Below are positions 12,301 through 24,300 of a DNA stretch of 64,000 nt, piece by piece. The translations under genes and the position numbers were made by a program. Source of the DNA: Veleropilina oligotropha (Eukaryota); NCBI GenBank assembly GCA_048128005.1, contig JBEUKZ010000016.1, positions 310,001-374,000 of the forward strand, read 5' to 3'. Every line of letters starts with the position of its first letter. Position 1 is the first letter of the stretch. Below the pieces are notes generated by a model, which had not been told where the DNA came from, made no database searches, and was given only the letters and a program-made list of their open reading frames with translations.

Positions 12301-15300
12301 AAATCATGCTGGCATGTATATATAAGGACCAGAGATCTAATAGTATATAGCTCGGACAAGGTGTATATATCAGGAAAGGACATTTTAACCTCTGTGACCT
12401 TGACCTTTGACCGAACAAGAAAATTGAACATTGTTATATGATGTACTCTCACCCTCATGAAGAAATTTGGCAAAAAATAATTAAGGAAAAAATAAAATAT
12501 ATAAATTCCCAAATATGGCTTCAGGAAAGTACATTTTGACCTCTGTGACATGGACCTTTGACCGAACAACAAACTGAACATTGTTATGTAATGTACTCAC
12601 CCACAGGGGAAAAGTTGGCGAAAAATAATTAAGACTACAATAATATATAAAAATGCCCAAATATGGATTTTTTTATGAAGGTACCCAAGGTCAAAAGTGA
12701 AATTTTTTAGCACCCTGCACATGCATGCTTCAAGTGTGTGCTATGCATCTGTAAAGAAATTAGACGGATAAGATTTGACATCATCGAGAACCAGAGCGGG
12801 CACGATTTTGGGGTCAAAAGTCATTTGATCAAGGTCGAAGTTCGTTTCCGCAAAATTTTGCCAAAAAGCACAATGGCAAGATAGGGCGGTTTAACAAACC
12901 AAAGGAAATCAGGCTGGCATGTATAGGACCTGAGATCTAGCCCGGACAAGGTGTGTTTTAGGGACAGTACATTTTGATCTCTGTGACCTTGACCTTTGAT
13001 CGAACAACAAAATTGAACATTGTTATATAATGTACTCACTCTCAGGAATACATTTGGTGAAAACAAATTAAGAATACAATAAAATATAAAAATACCCAAA
13101 TATGGAAATTGTTTATCAAGGTCACAGCGCCATGGTCAAAGGTACAAAATTTTAGCGCCCTGCACATGCCTGAGGTGTGTACCATGCATCTACAAAGAAA
13201 TTAGAAGGATAAGATTTGAAGTCTCCGAGAACCAGGCTGGACATGATTTCGGGGTCAAGGTTCATTACATCAAGGTCGAAAGTCGTTTACGTGAAATTTT
13301 GCCGAAAAACACAATGGCATGCTTCGACGGTTTAATTTACCGAAGTAAATAATGCTGGCACATATAGGACTTGAGATCTAGTCCGGACAAGAAAAGTGAG
13401 GAAGAAGGAGGAGAAAGAGAACGGAGTGTAAAACAATATGTCTCTCCCATCCAAAGGATGGGGAGACATAATAATGTTCCAATATCATATCTCATGAGAT
13501 TCATCAGTCAATATGAATACATACATATACATGCTTCAATTTAACAAATTGCTTCATGGATACATGTGGGATTCACAAGAATCTCCAGGCTGGTCTTGTA
13601 CAATAAATATTTTATTTATAACTGGAAAGATATGACAAAACCTCACATACCCGCGCATAACTGTTGGTCATAATTATTATATTTAGAAATACTTAATTAA
13701 ATTTTGTTTTCTGTAAATACTGTAACAGTAAAGTCATTTTGATAAGAAATTCACAGAAATACAATAATATATCAATAGTGTTTTAGCAGCAGGGGGGGTG
13801 ATTGGACTTTTTAGAATGGAAAAATAAGGCTCCCAGCACTATTTCAGAACTGAGCTGGTATTACTGGGGGGAACTAGGGAGTTCAGACTAGGGGCGGGGC
13901 GGCCGCCGTGGAGGCTCCCAGCACCCTTTCAGACCCGAGGGTAGGGATTGTATTACAAAAAGTTACCGTGTGTACAGACCGATATAGTAGCATGTAGTAA
14001 GAGCCCCCAGGGACGGCCCACTACCCTCGCCGGCCCGGGCTCGTGTGTGTTAGTGTCATACTCTATATTAGAGACTGGTATATGCGAGGATATACCCTGT
14101 ACGCCATGGGGGGAACTAATGTATGCCCTTGGTTGACAATTAATGCCGTTGGGGTTTGTGGTCGTAGCTGCGTCAACGAATTTTGCAATGCTCATCGACG
14201 GCAAATTCGGATGGGTATAACATCGCCCCCGCCATGTAAGAGATGTGGCAAGGGCACGAAATCGGCCGTTCTGGTGTGTAGACCATGTGGAGGTCATCGT
14301 GACGCCCAGGCTCTCATAAACACTAAAAACCGAGCTCGCCGTCTCTACGGCGCAGTATTGCGCGAGTTGCTGTCGCGCACGACATAAAAAGTTCCAATTA
14401 GAGCTTTGTGTTGCAGTGTCATAACGTATACCCACCCAGCACGGGATGGATGAACTGCGGAACTTAGCGAAAGCTTACGGGATTCCCGCTCGGTCGAAGC
14501 TCAAGAAGAACGACCTCATCCGGGCAATAGCCGGGGTCCGTGCTGCGGAGTTTCGGAGGAGACTCGAGCGGGCGATGAAAACGGGAAGGTTCCCCTCCAT
14601 ACGTGGAGATGTGGAGAACCCCCACAAAAGAGGCCGACGTGCTCGCGAGTTGCGGCAGATTAAGGACGAGGTCGACGCCGCCCTGCAGGCTCGTAAATAC
14701 GAAATCCGAGCTGAGAAAACGCCCGGGATTCGACAGAAGCCACTTCGCGCCATCACCGATCGAATCGTCAAGCCACACCTGCGCGGTCTGACTAGGTCTC
14801 GGAAAGAGACCCTTGCCCAGGCAATTGCTCGGAAGGGGCCCGATCTTCTCATCTCCAAAACGCCCCGGACAGCCCAGGACTACCAGAAGGATCTTCTAGG
14901 GCTGCTTACCACACCAGAGGGGCAACCATTCATCGACCTGGATGACCAGGCCCCTCCCCCCGTAAAGCTCCCAGCAAAAGAGCCATGGGTGAAACTCTTG
15001 AACAACGCCAAAGACGAGTTTGAGGTCGATGGCGCCGCGGCGGCCTTCTCCACATGGAGGGTCGAGGTGGCTGGACGGCTGGCCCTGGATGCCCGTATGA
15101 CAGATGCGAGGGCGGTACAGCTCCTCACAGCCCTTCCAAAAGGCGAGTATGTCCTTAGAATCAAGTTCTTGCGTGAGTGGGGTCAAGGCGACTGGGTGGT
15201 CGAAGACAAGTTTGACCCGGTGAAGGCTGCGAGAAAGAAGGGCCAGGGTGTCTTTGAGATCTCTCAGGACACTAAGCCGGGTGCTATCACTGGGGTCGAC

Positions 15301-18300
15301 AAAGTCTACTACGAGAACGCCTACCCAGTCACTGCAGTCGTCTACGGCCTCTACTATCTCAGAGAACCAAATCCCGCTAATCTGGTTCCGATGAAGAACG
15401 GCGACCTCAACTGCGTTGCCCAAAGAGTGATTGAGCACTTTGAAGGTGCCCTGCGAGGAAACGGACTCACCCCGACAAGGCGGCAGAAAATACAGGAGTG
15501 GGAAGAGCGAGTTCATGTAACAGGCGCCACTGTGGATGATATCTCCATCCTCGAGAGGATACTGAAGCGGGCGATCATACTGAGAGATATTGCCGGCGAG
15601 GACATCTACAGCAGTGGGAAGTACCAGGGCTGGCATAGACCAGTAGAACTCATCTGTCACAACGGCCACGCATGGTCCAAGGACCTACACTTTCCGCAGT
15701 CTCGCGAGGTCCACCTGTATGAGGGCGATGTTTGGGAAGCTATCCGACAAGCCACACATAATGAGCCATTAGCTGTCTGGCTTCTTGGCGGTACAGACCG
15801 ACAGCTTAACGTGGACCAGTTCGTGCTTCAAGATGGCCGCACGTACAGGACGAAAGATGATCACGAGAGACTCCAGGAAGCCTGTACAGCGCTGGGGAAT
15901 GAGTCTCTTGCCGATCGAGCCTTTGGCGTGAACCATGCAGCTAGCATTATGGCCAAGGAGAACAACGGCTGGAAACCCACCCCGGCGAGCCTGCTCGATG
16001 ACATCCAGAAGGCCTGTGTAGAGCATGGCCACGGCGGTCTCTGGAATTCCATGAATTACGACACGGGCGATGTCTGCTGCATCGATATGAAAGCCTGCTA
16101 CCCTGCCAGCTTTCTGGGGCAGGGCGAGGCTAAGCCATATTTCGAAAGATTCGGACACCCGACCCACAGCATGACTCGGGTCGCAATTAACGGTCCTCTT
16201 CCCCAAGAAATCGGTACTGGGTTTGCTGAGGTCGTGGAATGGGAGTTCGCACAAGACATCCACCCCGTCATTCCCGCATGGTTCGGAAAGCACTTTGCAG
16301 AAATGAGCTGGGCACCCACTGCGCTGCTCGCCTTCCTCATAGAATCTGGAATGCTAAAAAGCCTCAAGATCCGAGAAGCCATCATCACATTCAGAAAGCA
16401 ACTCGAGGTCTGGCTTCCCGAGAACCGTGACCAGGGCTGCAGCATTATCGGCAAATTCACCCAAGGCGCCAAGGCAGACGGAAAGCGATTGACTCGAAGA
16501 CTGGTGATTGACCAGGGTGAGCTGGACTTCCTAGTAAGAGACACCCGCCAAAGCGGTAGCCTGGTCGGCGCACCTCAAAGGTGCCCTATGGGGCACATCC
16601 TCACATACTATGATGGCTCCCAGCCTCGGTACGCCCACCTGAGGGCCTCGATGCTGGCCTATGCCCACATAAACCTCCTATCAATGCTTCAGCGTTTCAC
16701 CCCTGACGAGGCTGTCCGAGTAGCCACTGACAGCATCTACCTCAAGAAGGCCTCGTTGGAGAAGCTCGACGATGTCACGGTGTACGTTGCCCCCCGACTC
16801 TGCGACTGTGACGAGAAATCGTGCGTCTCATGTCTGATCGCGGAGCCGTACCTTCCGCCAGTAGCACCGGCCCAGTGGCGTGACAAGGGCGAACAGCTGT
16901 ACATGCCACAGGAACATGCCGCATACCTGCCCAAGCCAGAGTATCGTTGTGCCGCAAAGGACGTGCCGCCAAGCACCGCGCCATGCTACAATGACACACT
17001 GACCCACCATCGCCTGAGTTACCTCAACGGTGGAGGGGGCTGTGGTAAGACCACGAGAGCGATCGAGCTCTTTCGGGCGAGAAACCCCATCGTGTTCACG
17101 CCAACCCACCGCCTCGCTAAAGAAATGCGGACCCGAGGTGTCAAAGCCCAGACCTACCACAGCTTCTTCCGATGGAGCGGTCAGAACGACTGGACGCCTG
17201 ATCGCATGGGTCAGAAGTTCATCCCCCGCGTCATTATCTGGGACGAGGTCTGTACTGTTCCCCGGGCTATCCTCGAGATGTTCTTGGACTGGCTGGGCCA
17301 GCACGAAGTTCAGGTCGTCTGCTGTGGCGATCAAGGCCAGCCACCACCGATTACGGGCGAGATGCCGCACGATTGGCTGCGAAAGACCGCGGACTACTAT
17401 GAAGAGATCGAAGTAGACTACAGGGCGAAAGACGACCCTGCCCTCCAAGCCCTGAAAAGACGGATACGTCTCCAACCCGACAAAGTCCAGTGCGGCGAGA
17501 TGCGTAGGACTCTCCCCAGCTGCCTTGGGTGGGACCGGTTCGTCAACACCTGGAGGCCAGGCGACCTAATCCTCACCAGCCGTCAGAAGGTCCGCGAACG
17601 GGCTCAACAGCTGTTGCTCCAGAGGCACAAGGAGCACTTCACAGACTCCCCGGTTCCTATCCTGTACCACCCCAGAGACACCCGTAAGCAAAACATCATG
17701 GTAACGATTCCGGGCACCAACGACAGAGAGGAGCTAGTTCTGAACGACGTCGTAGAGGTCACCATTGAGGCCGCTGAAAGGGCTATCCTGACCCCGGATT
17801 GGCGCCTGGGCTATGCTCTCACCATCCATTCGAGCCAGGGTCTTACGATTCACGACCCACAGAAAGTCTGGATCATCGACGACTACCTTCAGTGGAGCAA
17901 TCTCGCCTACCTAGCCGTGTCCCGGGTGGAGTATCTGCATCAGCTCGAACGGGTAACCTGTCCTCCGGATGAGGGTTCTGAGGATAGTCCCCCGCCGCAG
18001 ACCAAGCAGCAGCTCCGAAAAACTATCCAGAGGAAGCTCGTGGCGTACAAGCGCCAGGACCAGGCCAAGGGACTCCAGGGATTTAACCTCAAGGTCGATG
18101 ACATCCTGCAGCTCAAAGAAGCCCACAACAACCGATGCGCGGCATGCAACATAGAGCTGCTCTGGGCCTACCAGCCCAAAGACACACAGCAGTTCAGTGT
18201 CGACCGTGTGGACAACAGCAGGGGCCACATCCGCGACAACGTGCGCTTAACGTGCCTTGAATGTAACCGAAAACGAGGGGCTGCAGCAGCTGCTAACGCC

Positions 18301-21300
18301 TGAGAACCGGCGGCAGCTGGGTATCACGAGGCACCACGAGAAGTTCCTCACGAACGAAGCCACGCGGTGGTCCATCAAGCAAGTAGTAGAGCACAGGCTC
18401 GTCAGGCTTAGTGACGGAGCGTCCAAGCCTGTAAACTTTTAGAGACCACACCGGGTCAGTCGCTCGCCGGCGACCCCCCTCCAGCTCACCATCGTAGTAA
18501 AGGTAACGAACATCTACATCAGAGGGGAGTTTCAGTTCCTTCCCCTGTCGGTCTGGAACAGTGGCGCCTGGCTTTTGGGCAACGCGAGGTGCCTTAATGG
18601 CATCCTTGGGCTTTTTACCGGTCAGCCTGGTCACTTCCCCATTCAAGGCCGCAACTACGGCGGGCAGCCGGGCGACCCACTCAGTCGACCTTTGACCCTC
18701 TTTCGCAGACTCTGCAAACCGCATCTCTGTTGCATACTGGTGCCCGAAGAGCCGCTCAGCGAGCGTCCGGTTGAAGCGCTCCACAATGCCCTGATCGCGA
18801 TGGATATCCACACGGCCACGCCTAACCTCGACATTATTATTTGCCAGCAGCTGGGAAACCGCGCCCATAAACTCTCGCCCTGGATCAACCTGAAGCAATT
18901 TCGGCCAGCTAAGAGGACTCCGCCTGTAGATTCGAGATAGAGCTTCAGCAACTCCTTTGGCCTCTTTTGTGACCAGAGGCTCAGCCTCTTTGTAGCGACT
19001 GGCAACATCAACCACAGTCAGAGCATACTTGTACGTTTTACGACCGACCTTGTCATGGGGGAGAAACAGGAGATCGGCTTGGTGAACCTCATTCGGCGTC
19101 GTAACGTCAAACCGTGGTCTTGGAATCCGCCGTGGCGCAGGTAAATAGATCTGCCATATAGCCTGCCTCTTAAGCCATGTCCGGGCCTCCACTTCAGATG
19201 CCTTGGCAGCCTCAGCTAGTTTCTTTATCGCGGCAATGCCTTTCCAGTAGCCCTTAGGGCTGTAGTATATCCTCGCAAGCTTACTATCCATCAGCAATGT
19301 ATTCCAGTAAACTGATCAGTCTCCAACAGGCTTCAGCTTCCGGAGCCGGTCGCTGCGCAGTCGTCGCCCGTAGGTTGGTCGGGCCCGAGAGCACCAGGAC
19401 CGCGAACCGCACCATAGTCTTTTCGTCGCGGCGCCAGCAGTCGAGTGACGTAGTACTAAGGCCCACCCCGCTGACCGCAAGCATGGCGCAGTACAGCTCT
19501 TCTGGGAGCCCCATTATTATACATGCCCACGAAAAAAATGTTCACTATAGAAATAATTAGGCGAGCTTGTAGGCTACCAACCCGGTCGCAGCCATCCCGA
19601 GGATGATGAAGGTGATCTCACGTCCCTTTTGGTCATCGCTCGGCGTGTAGTAGTCGGACAGCTGGGGCTCAGGGCCACCTCCCATGGCGGTGGGGTCAAG
19701 GTTCTTGCCGGTGATCAATGCATACTCACGGATAGCGGCGTCAACATCTCGGAATGTCCCAACGGCATGACCCTGGCGGCGAAGTTCAACGTTCAGCCAG
19801 TCGAGACGCTCTGCCCTCTGTTGTGACCATTTAGTCTGAGCAGCGTTGAGCTGTTCTACGGCTTTGTCGTGGCGTTTACGCTCCTCGTCGACACCGGAGC
19901 TGCGTAGCTTCGAGAAGAGGAAGTTGGACCCGCTGAAGGCGAGGGCGTTGACGAGAGCGCCCCCAACCAGCATCGCAATGGAAGCCATTGAAATGCTGCG
20001 ATTATCTAGCAAGGTCACACTACTTCAAAACGTCGGCCGGAATGATGCCTTGCTTGATCAGCATGTCTTTCGTCGCCATGGCGAGCGCTACGTCGAGGAC
20101 GACCATCCCGACATCGTACCCCGTGAAGTCCAGCTTGGGGCTCGCCCCCTTGAAGACCATTTTTCCCAGGCGTGCGTAGCCTATGGCAAGGCCTGATACT
20201 ATAGCTGCGTGATATACAGCATTGCCGAGCATCTTTCCGTCAGTAATCGGGGTAGTCATGTTGTACTGCTACTATCGCACATGGAACGGGTTGTGCTCAT
20301 TCTTCAATTCGGTGGTGGTTGGGGTGGGGGGCTGCCTCGCCTGTGCTGGTGGCTGTTGATGTGGTGTGGAGGAACCACTGCTGCGTTCTGAGGACGTCTT
20401 CCAGACAACAAATACCAACGCAACCGTACCGGCAGCAACGGCTACCTGTGTCCAATTAAATGGGTCCGATTTCCGTGTAGCTGACTTTTCGACCGCGGTC
20501 ACCTCGGCCGGGGCACCACTGTGTTTTTGTTGGGGCTGTGCCTCCGGTAGGTCTGAAGGAACTTCGCTGACGGATACTTGTCGAGCGTCTTCTTTGAGTC
20601 TTCTAACGTCAGCAAGGAGCCTCTCCTGCTTGACTTTCCGAGCAGCAGCACCGGCCCGACCCGCAGCCACCTTCTTAGGGTCCTTTTTACTCACTGATGA
20701 GTCTGTCGAAGAAGTCACCCTCTCTGTCGGCGGGCTCGGTGCCGAAATTTGGTCCACTTCCAGCGTTGTCATCTTGATCTCGCTCTCGCTCTGATATTTT
20801 AGGCGGGCAAACATGTCCAAATTGGCAGTGTTTCGCAGTGGTCAACACGGCGGTCAGCGGCGCTAGCCACATGCCATACTTATAATACAGCTCACAGCTT
20901 GCACCGCGGAGAGCATGGGCGATGAAAGGATCGGCCTCGAGGTCAGCGACCAGACGTGGTTGGTTCTCCGGCGGAATGGGCAAGAACATCCCAGCTGCAC
21001 CCGCATACAGCTGTATAGCGGCAGTCCCCAGGGTCTTCGTCATGTCAGCACCTAGCTTCGCTTCATACCGTGCGTGGTGTTTCTCAACCTCGTCGTCAGT
21101 CATATCGTCGATTCGGTCAACCGTGAGGTTTCTCCCCAAGTATTTGCTGGCATCCCCTCCGATGGCTAACGCGGCAAGCCTCTCCCGTTTCTTTGCCATC
21201 CCTATGGAGCCACTGACAGGTTCCTCGTGCTGCGAGCAGCGTTTGGTCGTCGAGCCATGGCCGCCCACGGTCGTTTCTTCCTCGTCGTCCATGAGTTGAT

Positions 21301-24300
21301 CGATAAGGCTGTCCATCCTTAAGCGTTTCCAACATCTCCTCGCCAGTCTAATATAGCGATAATGCCAATACCACAACGTTACGAGTAGCAACAATACCAG
21401 GCTCTGGCTGCAAGCAAAAGCTAGATATACAGCGTCCGACATGCGAGAGCTTGCTGGGCAGCTACTTAGCATCTGCTGGGTAGCTATAGCACACTATAAG
21501 CAACGGGCTGATCAGTTTTCAACAGAAGCTTGGCATGCTTGGTCTCGGCCAAAAGCCGGCGCACTGCGGTTCTCTCGTCGCAGGATGAGATAACATCGTT
21601 CTCGCGCAGACAGTCCTCGAAACTGTCGCGGTCCTTGCAATGGAACAGCGCGACCCAGCGGGTCTGCTCTCTGAGTTCCTTCAAGACCGAGTTGTATTTT
21701 TGCGTCACTACCCATACGCTCTGTTCGGCGTGCCTTCCGCTGAAGGCCAACAAAGTCAACATATCCCTCCTCTTGGCTAGGGCTTTGCTGGCGGCGCAGT
21801 CGTCGATGATGTATAGGGTTGATTCTCCCTGGAACAGTCGGTAGAACCCCCGCAACCAATCATGGAGCCGCTCACCGGGGGGGATCAAGTACACCTCAGG
21901 GTCGGTCCAGATCCATGGGCATGACTGGTATGCCTGATTGAACTTGATCGTTGGGCATAGAATGACGATGTGCTTGAACACTCCTAAGTACTCCCCCTCG
22001 AGAAGTTCAAGTATAAACAAGGTCTTCCCGCAGCCGGTCTGGCCGCAGATGATCGCAGAGTGGGGGTCCTTGGGGTGGGGGAACCGTCTACTAGTACAGC
22101 GCGGTGACAAATCGGCCATTTTCAATACGCAGCTGCGCGTCCATTATCACGAACATGTAGACGTTCAACGGGCCGGCGGCTTCGCCTGTCTTCGTGATCT
22201 GAATCGTAATGCCCTCGCTGGCGTTATCTACTTTCCGGCCTGACCCATGCAGCTCGTCGTCGACGGTTACGCGCAGGTCGATCCAGAGTGCGAACTTTTT
22301 CGTCAGAAACGCACCAAGGGTGACGTCGGCCAGCGCCAAGTCCTTGGCAACCATCGCGACCTCAGGATGGCGTTTGCTGATCGGAGAGGAGGCGAAGAAT
22401 CTCCTGGCTTCGTCCCACATCTGGTAGGAACGCATTCCGGCGCTGTATAGTTGATTCGGCACACCCTCAATAGTGACCTCGACCTTCGTGATCTTCGGAT
22501 TGTAGAAGGCCTCGGTGTCCCTCGCGAATGGTACGGCGTCTCTCGCGGGATCCTCGAACAGAAGTAGGATACCCTTCATGGATTTCGCCGGTACGTTCAG
22601 GTTCAGGTTCCACAAAGTGTCACTCTTGTCTCTCGTGATCTTACGATGCCGCAGGACACGATCGTAAAGGATCACGAGGCGGCCCGAGTATTGGTTTTTT
22701 ATCGATCTGGCAAGCTCAAGATTAGTGACCATGTCGTATTCCAGGCTGATATTGTCGATGACGTAGCTGGAGCTGGGGTCATCGGTGTCCCTGATTGTCC
22801 GGGAGTAGTCGTTGAACGTAAGCTCGTACTCAAGACGGTCCCCCAACGCACTTTGGTAGAACGGCATGTGGCTCTCCAGCAACTCGAAGACCAGCGGGAT
22901 GCGAAACCTTGGGCCGTACGCGTCCGATATAGCTGTGTCCTCAGAACGTCTGAATGCGCCCTCAGCGCCGACACGATTCTTCGTAGTGTTGTGGCTGTCG
23001 CTGGTATCAATACCCTGATATTGGGCATTATTGCGCTCCCCTGCGGTCTTCCAGAGATCGCAGTAGCAGTGGTACACGTCGGAGTCATCTACTATTAGAC
23101 ATGATTTCGTTCCCACTTATCTTTATCGTGGTCTTCTTGACCACGGCGCGTCCGATATTCTGAACTACAGTTCTGTTCGGGTTAGCCGAGGTCAGAGAAA
23201 TGGTAAATGCGAGGTGGGCCGTCCCTGGCACGATCACGTCGCGAGTCCCGAGATTAGGGAACCGAACCAACAGCTGCTGGTTGGCAGCAATAGTGGAGGG
23301 GTTGTTCGTTATGGTGACCGACTGCCGGATACCCTTGACCCCGAGGGGCTCTCGAAGTCTGCGGTATGGATTCAACGTGCGTCCATACGTGCTGGCCATG
23401 TTGTCTGAATTAGATGCGTACCCCACCGGTGTATTCAAATGGCGGAATTTGAGAACCCCACATTCGAGCCCGACATCATCGACGATGATGGTGAGGTTGG
23501 ATCCACGGACTGGATTGAGCCTGTTCTTTCGGAACGGCCACAGGAAGGAACCAGCAGTCAGCGGCAAGAGTTCGTGAAGGACGCGGTTGATGACTACTAC
23601 AAAGCCCTGTCGGAGGAGGGGCAGACCTTGCCTACGTGGCGTGATTATTCCCAGTTCGAGTACGTGGAGGGGGAGGGATTGCGGCTGAAGAAATATCCAA
23701 ACATCGATCTCATCAATTCTAGATCGAAAAAACCCAATGCTTTGTCAACACTAGCTAACCGGAGAGGTGGGGGTAGTGCGATCAGAAAAGGGTTGGGATT
23801 CGAAGCATGGACGCGGCCAGAGAAGCGGGGGAAAGGGGGACCGAAGCTGTCCTCAAAAGCGGTTGCAGCTCTGCAGACAGCCAACAATGAGTTGAGCGGT
23901 GCGGCCGCTAACGTCGAAAACGTAGAACTGCAGGACTTGGGGCAGACCGCGACAAAGGCCTCGGTAGCAATCCACACGATGGAGACGAAGTTCACTGATA
24001 CCGAGGTTGAAGAGTTCTTGAGCACGATGGGGGATCCCCCCTTAAATCTTCGTGAGCTTCGTGGGCTGGACAAGGCGATGCAGACCATTCGAGGCGAGCT
24101 CACTAACAACTTAGCCAAACTAACGGCGCTGGACGAACACATAGAGCTGGAGAAGAGCAAGCTCGATCAGGCAGATGAAGAGGGCGGTGTGGAAGACTTT
24201 GTTCGTCGACGGATCGCGGAACATCTGCGCAATTTACATGACGAGAGAGCAGCTCGCCTCGAGGCAGCCGGATCCAGCCGGAAGGCCCTTCGCTCTCAAA

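Noticed and set aside
13779..13784. 6-bp TSD TGTTTT
   Set aside because: It requires counting the element's terminal T (28983) as flank, which breaks the symmetric AG...CT ends.
15390..15680. Viral OTU-like domain captured from the surrounding host OTU gene
   Set aside because: No visible similarity beyond the Cys/His layout, and vOTU domains are ancestral in this polymerase lineage. The co-location is most likely coincidence.
14446..18303. Helitron RepHel interpretation of the Pif1-like helicase ORF
   Set aside because: No HUH/Y2 Rep motifs are visible. PolB motifs, TIRs, a TSD, an integrase and capsid genes point to a Polinton-like element.
19284..19514. 76-aa ORF upstream of the integrase
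   Set aside because: It fills the gap and has an ATG, but there is no motif or other support, so it was left uncalled.
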